From the NCBI GenBank assembly GCA_965178125.1, contig OZ237737.1:744001-808000 (forward strand): DNA of 64,000 nt, given 5' to 3'. Under the pieces are notes generated by a model, which was not told where the DNA came from, searched no databases, and worked only from the letters and a program-made list of their open reading frames with translations. Positions 13,210-26,404 of the stretch are shown here, in pieces. The first letter of the stretch is position 1. The number at the start of each line of letters is the position of its first letter. The position numbers and the translations under genes are program-made. Source of the DNA: Bilabrum cf. latius. Taxonomy: Eukaryota.

Positions 13210-16200
13210 ATGAAATTTCTGCAGCTTTCAAGTATTTACTTGGCTGCAGTATCGATTGCACCGATAATGGTCACAGGACTTGCCACAGATCGGTCCTGCA
13301 CTCTCGCAGAAGACGTTAACACTGCTGAGCCGGCCATGCAGTTGGGAATATTCGATGGTAAGAGACTGCCCAGCCATGTGCCACAGATACATAGCGTTAA
13401 TTACGAGAGTTGATCGTTGTGTAATGCAGTGGATTTGGATCGGAGAGGCTTGGGCTCAGCTGTGCTTTGCAAGACTGTGCAGAGTCGAGCCTCATCCCTC
13501 GACTCTGCACAGTCTTGCATGAGGCCATACTTGTGCCAGTTCGATTGTTGAACAGAAAGCATATACTACCAATTCTGCATGAATGGTCGTAAATTCAGCC
13601 CGGAACCGGTGATCTAGTCGATACCTCCCCGCAGATGATCTGTACATCATGCCGCTGCCAGGGTGCTCCTCCGCATCCGACTGCGCTACATACGATTTCA
13701 CTTTCAATGTCGAGGATCCAGACATGGCATATCGATTTGACTACAAGGTCCTGGATGATGCTGGGGCGCTGGCGCTCGCTTCCGGCTCGAACCCGTCAAC
13801 TCTCATCTCGGGTATGTCAGGTTCGAACCTCCGGGCGGTCTGCGAGACTTCCTGGACACCCCCATCGAGCGCGGGCGAGCAGTTTTACCTTGTCGCCACA
13901 TGCAACGCTAATGGGGAGCAGCAGGGGTGCGGCTTTGCGCACGCTATCAAGGAGACTCGCTCCTGCGCGAACTGCGCTGACCGATGTAAAGTTCCCGGTG
14001 AACTGGTAACACTGGAGCAGACGCAAGTATACATGGATATTGAGTCGAGCATGCCCGATTCTTGCCTAGTCGTCAATGGGTGTGGCACCGGCGGTTGCAC
14101 GGACATCAAGTACTCCTTCGCCACGATGGGCTACGGAGTACTTGATGAAGTCTACTCGGTGGACAGGGCCAACTATGTCAAAATGCAGAATGGCGAGACC
14201 TTCTCCAAATATGCTGGTTGGACTGGACTTCAAGCTGCGACCGACACCGTGTGTACCTCCGAGAATGATGGCTTGAGTACTCCGTCGGGCGAGGCGAGTA
14301 TGTTCATATGCGCCAAGTGCGACCCAGGTTCCGGCACAACCTGCGACATCACAGCAGGCTACTCGTACAAGAAGGAGGACGGAACCATCGGTAGCTTCTA
14401 GAACTCGGACCCGGGGCCCTTGGTTCTCCCGGTAGATGTCGACCCGGAGTGCCGCTCCAACGCGCAGGCCTTGTTCGATGACACTTCGGACACGGTCTCC
14501 AGCACGGTGATCAACATTTAGCAGGACAAGGTCCACGCCGTCTCTGCAGATATCAGCTGCCAGACGGATGGCTCCGGTTTCAAAACCTGCCCCAGCGTCT
14601 TTGCATCCGCCCTCACCAGGAACGAGGACGACTCGCCGTCGTTCGACGTGTACATTGTAGACACTGCCGACAAGAACAAGATCGCAAACGATCCTACCGG
14701 GGCCCTCGACCTGCCGTCCAGCCTCGATGGCACCTCATACTAGCTGTGCTACTCTGACCCGATCGGTCTGTATCTGCCTGAGGAGTACACCGACAGCAAG
14801 ATCTGGCTCGTGGTGGTGTGCCACGCCAACGAGGACGGCGGGGGAACCACGGGCTCCCCTTGCAAGGTGGAGATGCAGATCAAGGCGGAGATCGTCGTAC
14901 CGTCACCCCCCCCGTCGTTCTCTCCGTTTCCATCGCCGAACATGACGAGCCCCGTGCCGTCCATCGGCCCGTCGGCATCCATGTCTCCGCTCGGGTCTGT
15001 CGAGCCGGAGCCTTCGTCATCCTCCACACCATCTGCTGCTGCTAGCTCGTTCTCGTCAACCACGGTGAGGAAGATCCGATGCAAAATACTAGGCGGGTCG
15101 GCAGACTACTCGCATGTACCTGCCTACTCTATGCCTCCCCTCGTGCCAGTGCTCTTCCTCGCAGCCGTCCCAGACGCCAGACCAGTTCCCGACCAATACT
15201 GCCACCGCAACACCCACGGCATCAGCATCAATTTCTGTAAGTACTTCACGAATGGTTCCATCTCATTTCTAAGTGATTGGTGTTCGATTCACTTATTCTA
15301 TTGCCCCTGCCCGTTCCAGGTGCTCCCGCAGTCCAGCGCCAGCCCATCGGCATCGGTCACGCCGACGCAGAGCCTGAGCCCGTCACCGACGCCATCGATC
15401 ACAGTGGGAGCCTCACCGAGCTCGAGTGCTACCCCGAGCGTGACTCCGAGCACAAGCATTTCCAGCAGCCCCAGCGAGTCGCCCACTCCAAGCGGGACCC
15501 CATCCAACACCGCGTCGCCGTCTACCACGAGCACAACATCGGCATCGCCGACCCCGAGCGTCTCACCTTCGCCGAGTTCCACGCCGTCTGCCACCCCGTG
15601 GCCAGCGGTGGACTCAATCAAAGAATTCGAGGTCTCGGCCAGGCAGCTGTTCCCCAACCCGGAGACAGTGACCATTCGGAGGAAGTCAACCAGCCGAGCT
15701 GCAGGCACGATCGTGCTCCCCATCAACGGGTGTGGCGAGCAGGGATCGTGCACCAATCTGCGATTCGCCGTGTCGGCTGTCCGCAGCTCCAGTTAGCCAG
15801 AGGAGGAGTCCTCTCGGTTCAGCGTGGCTCTAGCCAAGTTTGAGGATGCGAGTGGCATCTCCGCGGACGACTGGGACGACGCGCCGTTCCTGCCGGAGAT
15901 CGATCACCGTCGCGTGACGAACGCATGGGCCGCCGGAGTCACCACGCCATCCAGTGGTGGCGACAAGCTGGCCCTCATCATCCGGTGCGACAACAGGCTG
16001 GACATGGGCAATTGCCAGCTGGAGTACGGCATCGCCTACAACCGCAACCCGCAGTCTCCCACCGCTTTGAATCTCCCGACCGTCGGAGGAACCGGGCCTA
16101 CCACTGCCGATCAGGAGCTGGAGCAATTTGACGGCACTGCCTGCAGCGAATCGCCGCAAGAGATCACCGATATGCCGCAGTTCCGGCTCCTTCGCGACGG

Positions 16201-18184
16201 TGAGACTGCCATCGTGCCTCTGCTCGAGTGCTCGGACGGCATGGGATGCCTCGCGACCTTCTCGGCTCGAGCACAGGGCGTGGTGCTCCCCGCCTCTGCA
16301 GTCCCAGCTGGGGAGCAGGAGGCCCCGCAGGCCTTTGCTATTCGGGTCGCAAGGGGAAGTGCGCAGCGGGCAGCATTGCTGGCCTCCGACGGGTCCACCG
16401 AGAGCCTCTGGTCCTCGCAGTCCACGAGCGGGTCTTGGATCTACGGCGGCTGGGACCTTGCGGCGGAGGACGGTCTCGCGTGCGCCAGCGGGAGCGATCT
16501 GGACGTGCCGTCCGGTGCTGGCAACGCCTGGCTCCTTGTGCGCTGCGTTGGAGCGGGCGAGCAGGCCACTGGTACACAGACCGATCTCCCCACAGTGCCA
16601 ATGTGCGGGATCGAAGTGGGTGTGAGGGCCGTGCCAACGGGGATCAGGGATGGAGGTGTCGATGAAGGCGTCTCCGGTGCGGAGGACGGAGACGGTGACG
16701 ATGAACCCGTGCCTGGTCTCGCCGCGGGCGACGAGTGCTCGGCCAACTCTGAGTGCGACTCGCTCAAGTGCCGAGGCGGGGTGTGCTGTGTCCCAGACAC
16801 GGCCGATGACTGCGCAGCCTGCCAGAGCTCGGAGGCTGCAAGCGCAGCGGAGGGAGATGCAAGCTCACTGCCGGGCTCCTGTGCTGCGAATGCCGGCGCT
16901 GCCATCGACACGTGCCCTGCTTCGTGCACGGACTCCTCCATCGAGCTTGCGTGCGGAGCCGCCGCGCCTGGCAGCGAGACGGGCACAAGCTCAGGCCTCG
17001 CGATGTGCACTGAGCGAATCTAGACGGACGGTACCGTTGCGACCGAAGGGTAGTGTGTCTGCGACGGAGAGATCGTGCGCTGGGGAGTTGGGTCCTCGGG
17101 TGCGTGCAGGCTGCAGAACTACGGGTACTGCAGGGAGGCCGTGGAGGTTCTCAACAAGGACAGCGACCGATTGGAGGTCATTCGCGAACAAGAATAGAAC
17201 AGCAACGGGTCCGACGCACCCGGGGACGATGGGAGCGTCGACGAAGATGGTGGTGGCGCCGGGGCCGCAGTGACCGGCGGCATCATCGCCGGCCTCCTCG
17301 TCGTGGTCGCCATCGGGGCCATCCTGTACTACACCGCCTTCGTGCGCAAGGCCAGGTGGGCCGTGTCCATGGGCCTCGTGGATGCACCTGTAGACCGCCG
17401 CGGCCTTGCGCTAGGGGCCGCCGCAGCCGCATCACGGGCAAGATCGAGCGCCCCCAACCGTGCTGGTGCCGCTGGCGCCCTGTACGCCGGCATGATGATG
17501 ACCGAGGGCCCGGGTGCGCGGGCTGCCGCTGGTGCCACCGCCCCCGTGGCCAGCGCCAGCGGCGGTCAGCTCGCGCGAGATGCCCGTCTGCTTGGCTCTT
17601 CCTCCTCCCGCGGTGCCGCCAGCACGTCCCCCCTCGTCCCACAGGGCGCGGTGCCAAGGCCTCTGCGGGTGGAGCCCCTCGGCGGCCATCGCGCCGACCA
17701 TGCGCACTCGTCACTAAGCAGTGCCCTAGACGGAGGATCCATGATGATCTCGCCCATGCGAGACCCTCCCAAGGCGCCTAGTCTCCCCGACGGCGCGGTC
17801 TCGAGCGCACCCTCGGTGCACAGGGACCCTCGGGACAGTATCGGGAGCAGGGACGATGGCGACGAGGAGGATGAGGACAGCCTTCCACCCACGGACGATG
17901 ACGAGGACGGGGAGCAGGGGGCATCATCTTCGCTCTCGAGCGGAGGAAGCACCTTTCGAAACCCCATGCGGGGTGGGAGTGTCTCTGGCTCCCAGGGTGG
18001 CAGCGGGCTGTCCTCCTCCTCCTCCTCGGGGCCATCGATCGCCACCGAGCGGTGGTCCTCGATTCCCCAGCGCCCAGCTGTGGGTGGAACGGGGATGGGC
18101 CGCCCGAAACGGTCTGTGTTTAGCCAGTTGCGCTCTGCGGTCGGGAGAAAGGGCGGCCTGGAGATGAAGAACCCGCTCGTATGA
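13210..18184 (+). CDS. Type I membrane protein: signal peptide, Cys-rich ectodomains, Ser/Thr/Pro mucin-like stalk, single TM, disordered tail
   Basis: MKFLQLSSIYLAAVSIAPIMVTG. Predicted introns 13358..13634, 15065..15164 and 15237..about 15319. SPSxTPS repeats at about 14900-15600, Cys cluster CSANSECDSLKCRGGVCC, TM GGIIAGLLVVVAIGAILYYTAFV. Seven in-frame TAG; TGA 18182-18184. Confidence 0.75.
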
Positions 18185-18483
18185 GCTGTGGCCATGCCCC
18201 TCGTGCCCGGTGACCCGGCGGGTTGGAAGTATGTGCTACGCATGATGTGTGTATCGGTAGCCGTCTCCTCCTTTGACAGAGGAGCACTATCCATTCGCAG
18301 GTTCCCCTGGGCCAATCCACCGCCAGATCGACCAGAGTAGTCTAGGCTCTTGCTTAACCACGACCACTGCCATGACTGTGACGACGAGATATTTCACTTG
18401 CAAATCCTGCGTTCAATTCCCACTTTTCTGACCTCTGCGTGTCTAGCCTCAAGCCATCTCAATACATCAGATCATTCTGAGCC

Positions 18484-20907
18484 ATGTCGTCAAGTGGAGC
18501 GCTGGGGTGGCTCGTGGCACCTGTGTCCGCAGACCAATTCTTGCGGGACTATTGGGAGCAAAAGCCGCTGCTCATTAAGCGCAAATCACCGGATTACTAC
18601 GATCATTCCATGTATTTGCCGGGTAGTTTTGCTCTCGATGACGTGTTGCGTGTAGCAAGCGTTCCGGGAGCCCTATACGAACACGATTTGGACGTAACAC
18701 TGTACTCCAATGATCGCGACAAGCGGGACACGCTCAATGACGATGGACTAGTTGACACAGACCGGATTAAGAAACTCATGGATTCGAAGCTATGTTCGGT
18801 GCGGCTGCGCTGCCCACAAGCAAAGGATGGCCGCGTATTCCGGCTGCTCGAGCTGCTGGAACGCAGCTTTGGAACATACGTCGGCTGTAACGTGTACTGC
18901 ACGCCCGCGAATTCCTAGGGCTTTGCGCCCCACTATGATGATATTGAAGCATTCATACTGTAGACTATGGGCTGCAAGCGGTGGCGCGTGTATCCCCCGC
19001 GCGGCAACGGTGGTCAGGGCGGTATTCTTCCGCGGCATTCGAGCCGGGACTACAAGTAGGCAGAGGCGGGCCCGCCCGTCCTCGAATGCATCCTGGAACC
19101 CGGGGATCTGCTGTACATCCCACGGGGCTGGGTGCACCAGGCAGTCGCCGTGCCACCGGGCACAGCTCTGGAAGCCTCGCGGCCCCTCAAAGAGGCCAGG
19201 CTGCAGGCTCCAGGAGGCGCTGGTGCCGCGCCGACAGGGGGCAGCGGTACCACTGGCAGCGACGGGAGAGTGGATGGAAGGTCCGACGGTGGTGCTGAAA
19301 TTGCAACGAGGCCCCCACCCTCCGTGCACCTAACCGTGAGCGCGGGGCTGCACATGACGTGGCACGACTTTTTGCAGGAGGCCGTGCACGGGACACTGGC
19401 TAGGATGGCAGGGGATGTGGGCGAGGACGGGGACGCAGGGGCGGAGGGCAGTGGAGACGGAGCAGACGATGATGATGATGTGGAGGGCGGGGGCATTGCA
19501 GGCGATGACGAGGATGAGGAACTCGCAGTGGCGATGCGGCGGACTCTGCCAGCTGATTTCCTCAGGTGCACAGGTGTCATATGGCAGGAGGACGAAGAAG
19601 ATGAGGATGAGGACGAGCAGGAAAGCTTGGGCAATGGTGATGAAGGTGATGCAGAAGATGCATCCAGCGGTGCTCTTGAGAGCAAGGCGAAAGAGACTGG
19701 CTCCTAGCAGGACGGTGCAGTTGACTGGTTCGGTGGCAGTGGCAGCAGCTGGGAGGGTGCCAGCGCCAGCGCGGGTGCTGCCTGGAGCGGGCAGGGCGGC
19801 AAAGCAGAGGCCAGCTCCTCCGTTGGTGCCAATGATTGGTTCACCGGGACGGATTCCAAGCAGGAGCAGAAGCAAGCCTCGGATAGTACCGGTGCGGCGC
19901 AGGGGGGCGCGGAGTCGGACAGTGGTCCCACGTGGGCCGTGCAATTGGGCGAGGCGCAAGGCGGCGGTGACCTGGGAGACAAGCGGGGAAGGGAAGCAAA
20001 GGGGGTCACCGGTCTGGCTGACTCCATGGTCGTGTGGGGGGTGGGTACCTCGGTTGCAGGACAGGGAAGGGGACAGGGACAGGTTGGAGCAGTGGATGAG
20101 AGAGAGGCGGCCAGGACGGTGTCGCTGCCAGCCACGGAGGCAGGTTTGGCCAGGGCACAAAGAGCCGTTGAACTTGTGCAGCGTGCGAGCGAGGCTTTGT
20201 GTCCCCCGGCCGGCCCAGCCCACGGGGGACTCGACGACGAGGCCGACGGGAGCCGGTCCTCCGCGGGGTCCTCCGGCTCCAGCTCTGCCGGTGGCGAGCC
20301 CCGGCCTGTGCCTGATAGCTACGCGGCCGTACGTGGACTGCGGCGCCGGCTGCTGCTGGAGCATGGCAGCGGTTTCCTGCAGGAGTTTGCTCGCCGGCTG
20401 TGCGAGCCCTCGGTGGCGGACTACGCCTTCGACCGCATGGGGGCGAGGCACATGTCGGAGAGGCTGCCGCCCCCAGAGGTGGCCCCGGCGGACGAGGGCA
20501 AACCGGAAGTACCTAGTGCCGGTGGTCTGGAGGCGGGCTCCCCATCTAAGGGCTGCCCCGCAGTGCCGAAGGAGTGGAAGGGGCAGCTGGTGCGACTGCG
20601 GTTCCCCAGGCACACGCACATGTCGGTGCAAGGGGGCATTTGCGTGGTGCAGCACGCCGCGTCCAACACGAGGAGGTTTAAGGAGGCTGGGGCAGAGGCT
20701 GGGCTGATCGAGCTTTCCATGGAGGCGGCTCCAGCCGTGGAGTTGCTGGTCAAGTCCTGGCCGGCCTGGCTGAGCCCCGCTGACCTTCCCGTGCTTGACG
20801 GCAGCCCGGAGGAGTCTGCAACGAGAGGTGCGCCTGATGCCGCAGTGGTTGATGCCTTGGAGGCGCTGTGCTCCGCCCGGCTCGTTGAGTTCCTGGAAAC
20901 CAAATGA
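18484..20907 (+). CDS. RIOX1: JmjC ribosomal oxygenase, NO66/RIOX1-MINA53 family (about 807 aa with low-complexity insertions)
   Basis: [70 protein letters not shown]; HxD...H iron ligands intact. TAG at 18916, 18961, 19057 and 19705; TGA 20905-20907. Confidence 0.88.
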
Positions 20908-21031
20908 CCCTTTGCCTCGACGAAGATTCGTTCGGCCTTCCGGAAGCCGGAAGCGAGCGATTCGCGAAGGTTCGTTACCGAAGGTGCGCACGTCGCTTCG
21001 CACAAGAGCAAGTAAGCGCACTTTGGCGACT

Positions 21032-22955
21032 ATGGCAGCAGCATCGGGATCAGGGGCAAGCGCATTCGAAGGCACTGTGTCTAAACCATGGACCCTGAAG
21101 GAATGGACAGAACTTCAAGGACATGCCGCTGAAATTGAGCCCTTGCACCTCCGCGATCTTGTACGTGTGAGGTGCTTCTCAGAACATTCGGATTCACTTT
21201 CTATGGCACCGGTATTCCGACCTCGATACTTCGCGAGATCCTTAAACTGTGTCAAATTGCCCTTTTGTCGATTTGCAGGACGAAAAGCGGTGCGCCTAGC
21301 TCCGTGCAGAAGCGCCCGGCTTTGTTGTGGACTACTCTCGCCAGCGAGTGACCACCGACACCATGAGCAAATTGTTTGCCTTCGCCAAAGCAGCGGGGCT
21401 CCAGGAAAAGATCAAGGCTATGGCAGAGGGCAAGAAGATAAACGTGACTGAGAACCGCGCCGTGATGCACATGGCCCTCCGGGCACCGAAGTCCAAATTG
21501 GGCGCTTTCAAGGTGGATGGCAACGATGTCGTCGCCGACGTGCACTCCGTGCTCGACCGAATCAAGTCTTTTTCCGAGGACCTGCGCTCAGGCAAGTGGG
21601 TGGGCGCCACGGGCAAGCCGATCAAAAACGTCATCTCGATCGGAATCGGAGGCTCGTACCTCGGCCCCGAGTTCGTGTTCGAGGCGCTCCGCCGGCAGCC
21701 CGAGTGCGCGGGCGCAGCAAAGGGCCGCACCCTGCGATTCTTGGCAAACGTGGACCCAGTGGACGTGGAACGCGCCACGGAGGGCCTGGACCCCGAGGAG
21801 ACCATGGTGGTGGTCGTGTCCAAGACCTTCACCACGGCCGAGACTATGCTCAACGCGAGGACAATGCGGTCCTGGCTGCTTGCCGGCATGGGCGAGGGCA
21901 AGGACGAGGCAGACGTCATCGCGAAGCACTACGTGGCGGTGTCCTCCAGCGTAGACAAGGCGACCGCCTTCGGGGTCAAGGAGGAGAACGTGTTCGGGTT
22001 CTGGGACTGGGTGGGGGGCAGGTACTCCGTGTGCTCCGCCGTGGGGGTACTCACCCTGTCACTGCAGTACGGCTTCGACCAGATGCGGAACTTCCTGGAC
22101 GGCGCCGCGCAGATGGACGAGCACTTTATGACGGCGGCTCCCGAGTCCAACCTGCCGGTGCTGCTGGGGCTGCTGGGCGTGTGGAACTCCACCTTTTAGG
22201 GGCATGGATCGAGGGCGCTCCTGCCCTACTCTCAGGCGCTGCTTCGGTTCGCGGCTCACATCCAGCAGGTCGACATGGAGTCCAACGGGAAGAGGGTGGC
22301 GGTCGACGGCACGGAGCTGCCGTTCGACGCGGGCGAGGTGGACTTTGGTGAGCCAGGGACCAACGGGCAGCACTCCTTCTACCAGCTCGTGCACTAGGGC
22401 CGCACGGTCCCTGCCGATTTCCTCGGCTTCTGCGAGCCCCAGACGGATCGTCTCGGGGAGGGCGAGCCGGTGAGCAACCACGACGAGCTGATGAGCAACT
22501 TTTTCGCGCAGCCCGACGCGCTGGCCAGGGGCAAGTCTGCGGAGGACCTCGAGAAGGAGGGCGTCTCGGCAGAGCTGATCCCACACAAGACGTTCCCGGG
22601 AAACCGTCCCTCCACGTCGATCCTGATGGACCGCCTGGATGCCTTCTCCTGCGGGCAGCTGCTTGCGCTGTACGAGCATCGCACTGCGGTGCAGGGGTTC
22701 CTCTGGGGCATCCCCAGCTTTGACCAGTGGGGAGTGGAGCTGGGCAAGGTGCTGGCCAAGCAGGTCCGCGGCACCATCCAGGGAGCCAGGTCGGCCGCAT
22801 CCGGTAAGGAAGGTGAGGGAGCTGCAGCCGCGGTGGATGCGACGGTGAAGGAGGGCGGATACAACCCGTCCACGCAGTCGCTGCTAGGGAGGTACCTCAG
22901 GTCGAGGCTCGCGGGGGGGGCGGCGGCGGGGGCTGCCGCTGGCGGTGGCAAGTGA
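21032..22955 (+). CDS. GPI: Glucose-6-phosphate isomerase (cytosolic type)
   Basis: HLRDL, intron about 21167..21278, [103 protein letters not shown] at 21297, 22197 and 22395; TGA 22953-22955. Confidence 0.97.
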
Positions 22956-23079
22956 ACGGATTTATGTATGCGGAGTCTCCTTGTGGGTATGCCCAATTTT
23001 ACGAAGAAAATGGCTTGATCTACCTCTGTTTTTGTGACTGGCACAGCTGCATGCACCCACGTGAACGAGAGCCCAGAAT

Positions 23080-24509
23080 TCACCTCGGAGCCGAGACAGG
23101 GCTGCCTAGATCCACAGACACGGCCTGCCCGCTCGAAGAGATCCCGTTGATGGTCCTTCGCAGCATCTTGTGATAGGCGGTGTTCGGCGAGACGAGGGGC
23201 CTGCCCAGCGGGCTGTCTGGAGCGCTCTGCTCCACGGACATGCTTCTCCTCACCATGGCCTCGAACTGCTCCGCTTCCGCCTCCCCGTCGGAAGTATCGG
23301 CGCCGCCTTCGCTCCCGCTGTCTTCCCCGTGCCCGAGGGAGGACTGACCTGCCCTCCGACCAAACTTTGCAATGAAGTCTTCCAGTCGCGGCGCTGGCTG
23401 CTTGGCCGCCTCGGCCAATCGCAGCTCAGTCTGCTCATCCAGAAGCACGCGATCGCTCGGCGAGGACACTGCCGAGCTGCCGGTGGGGCTGCCGCTTCCA
23501 GAGCCCCGGGTTCCGTCTGGTCTCTTTAAGCTACTGCTAGCAAGCATGCCTGGCTTGCTCTACTCTTCTGCGGCACTCGCTCCGTTCGAGCAGTACATCG
23601 GCTGCGGGCCCTCGCCGATTGCATGCTACCGCGGCCTGGAAGCGCCACTGGTGGCGGCTAATCCCAACTGCTTTTTGTCAATGGACTATGCGAGCTGCAT
23701 GAGCGGGTCATGCTGGCGTCCAGCTCCGAGTCCTGCCAGCGGGGACGAGGGCACCCCGCTCATCGCGCGCGACCCAGCCATCCGAATGGGAGACGGCCGC
23801 CGCTGCCGGTAGTCTCCTCCTGCGACAATGAAACCGCTTGGATCACTGGACGATGTAGACCTTTCCTTATGTTGTGTGTATGCCATCAGACTTCCGAAAG
23901 GAGCGGACTCCTGCAGCTCGCGCACAGAGGGGGATGCCGGGCGCAGCGGAGGGGAGCTTGCACCGTCAGAGGTCCCAGTCGCAACAGGAGAAGCCGGAAA
24001 GCCGTTAGCCGTATTCTCTCCAACCGATGAACCAGTTGGGCTAGTGCTTCGCGATCTCGTGTGTTTGATCCAAGCAATAGAATCGGAAGCCATGCGCAAC
24101 TTGGTGCGCGCCATGTACAAACTGCCCTCGCTGTACTCTCCTTGGGTACCAAATTTGTCGCCTTGAAATTCTGCGGGCGGTACCAAGGTACATTTACATC
24201 TTAGGCGTAAGCCAATGCCAACTATGAGCACGGAAGTTCGCATCATGATTCGCGTTCCTCTCACTCTTGAGCTTCGTGGCTCGTTGAAGCATGGTAAGAC
24301 TGGCACGCCTCCTTGCCTACACGTTAGTAGCAGCCGGAGAGCTACCCTATCTGCAATAGTCGTGCCAAACGATGCACTCTAGGCCGAGGATACAGCATAC
24401 TTTGACGGTCCAATGCACCGAGCAACTTAACTCACTTTGTCCGGTGTGCTGCCAGCCCTTGGCTATACGGAGAGTCAGGATCGCGTGATCTTGTCTTAAC
24501 AGCTTGCAT
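23080..24509 (-). CDS. Hypothetical Ser/Pro-rich disordered protein; 5' exon structure uncertain
   Basis: Frame continuous from about 24170 to TGA 23080 apart from TAG at 23686, 23626 and 23560. Acceptor-like cccgcag near 24171. Tentative first exon from ATG 24509 ending at a GTGAGT donor near 24435. Confidence 0.55.
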
Positions 24510-24668
24510 TGTGGTATGCCTGCAGTGCTAACTGCTCTGTTACTATATTGCAAGTGGCGGACGCCAAACGTGCTCAGCTCCCTCTCCGTATAATTTTGGT
24601 ATTTGAGCAGTGCGCTTTTGGCACCAGACTCGACCCGGGTCCCGCAACCTGCGCGGGTAACACCGACA

Positions 24669-26147
24669 TCAAAACCCCGCGCCCATTTCCCTGCAGATGA
24701 CCCTGTACCTCTGCGCGACCTGCTCCGGCACAGCCTCGTCCCCGTTGATACCCTTGTCCCACAGCATCCTGGCGTGCTTCTGAAACGCCAGTGCGACGCG
24801 ACGGGCCACAGCAGTCGTAGCACGACCGGGTTTGATGTCAAACGCACGCACGGCAGCATCGGAGTGCAGCCTGGGGTCGTCCGCCCTGGCTTGCAACACA
24901 AGGCCCAGGTCTGTTTTCTCCGGCCGCCGCACAGGACTGCCCTCCGCGGCTACGGCCTTCAGGCACCTCATAAATGCGGTTCGCTTCAAGTTTACGTTCA
25001 CAAAATGGTCCGTGACGTTGAAGTTAAGCAAGGGGTCGTTCACGTGGGGCAGCAGCGCGGTGGCAGCCCGCGCGCCGACCGCCGAAGTGTACGACTCGTC
25101 TGCCGACACGGTCGCGTCCCTGAACAGCTGCAGCTCAACCACGTGATCTACCTGCACTGCCCTCCTTGCCTCGGGGTTTGAGGCTCGGATCCTCTCAATC
25201 TCCTTTCGTTTGATGCCCGTGTACACGTCCTCGTCCCCCCGCGCGTCGAACGTCCGAGCCGCGACCCTCTTGTACACGGTGTCCCCTCGGAAGACGGCGG
25301 GGTTGAGACGAACGTACCGCTTCCTGTACTTGCCTGCCGCGCTCAGAGGCTTCGCTGGCTTGGTGGATTTTTTCTTGCCCGACGCAGGGGACGCCGCCGC
25401 AGCAGCAGCCCGCGCCCCACCTGTGGCAGCCCCGCCCGACACGCTGCTGCCCTGCCCCAACTCCTCATCCTCCTCCTCCGATTCGTCCTCCTGGTCGGTG
25501 TCTAGAGCGTCCGTGTCGGAGCTGTTCTCTCCATCTGAACGCTTGATGCCGCCACTGTAACCATCACCGCCCGTGGCTGCCCCGCCACCGCCCGGGCTAC
25601 CGTGGGGAAACCTGCGCCCAGCTCCTGACCCCTAGCCGGCACCAGATGCCGTTCGCCCGTGCGACACTCCCATTGAAGGACCGTCACTTGGCCGGCCGCT
25701 GGTATCTACCAGAGTTGGTGCATTTCCGGGGCCGACGACAACTCCACTGCTACTTGCCGGGATACTTGCTGGCTTTGAATCACTAGACGTCGGCAAAAAC
25801 CAGGCCCAGGGTAGGCAGCCACAGCATACGTCTTCATCTCGCACTTCTGTATCAGAATGGTGCGGATCTCGCAACCCGGCAGGATCTGCTCCAGATTTTG
25901 GACCACCAGCGCCTGAGTCGTGCGTTTCGTTAGACCCAGCTCCAGCACTATCGTGTGCCTTGCTTTTCTACTTCCCCAAATTGCTATGCTTTGAAGATAT
26001 TTCCACGAATTTATGTGTTGCACGTCCTGAAGAGCCGTCATCAAACGAGATAGACACCTGCTTTGGGTGAACACCCACAATGCTGCCATGTTTTCCTTTA
26101 TGTGTACCCCCTGACACGCTTACCCTAGCTCCAACTGCAAGAGACAT
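24669..26147 (-). CDS. Hypothetical protein with N-terminal KOW/SH3-like motif and C-terminal DHVVELQ (HNH-like) domain, about 492 aa
   Basis: ATG 26147 gives MSLAVGARVSVSGGTHKGKHGSIVGVHPKQVSISFDDG. The C-terminal region has DVYTG..VQVDHVVELQLF..LNFNVTDHFVNVNLK. TAG at 25968 and 25632; TGA 24669. Confidence 0.7.
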
Positions 26148-26404
26148 TCTACGTTTCTATTCTTGGACTGCTTGCTGCACTCTCTGGAGATAATGTGGTC
26201 TCTGGTCAACATCTGAGCGCGTTCTTGAATCGCTCGTCACAAGTTGGCAGATTCGCTCGAGGTTCCGCAAACGTTGCGGCGCCGTGGTGTGGTCGTGCTC
26301 GGCTCAACGGACAACGCGAGACACGATCGTCGACATTGAATTGTTTCAGACCGGTACTATCGTACTAAATAAGTCTGTTTAATCGTTAAATCCGCTAAGT
26401 TCAG

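Noticed and set aside
19330-21075. Long antisense and alternative-frame ORFs (e.g. 19330..21075 -, 4402..5511 +, 6877..7710 +, 53830..55074 +)
   Set aside because: Shadow ORFs of GC-rich genes on the opposite strand or frame, with no recognisable motifs.
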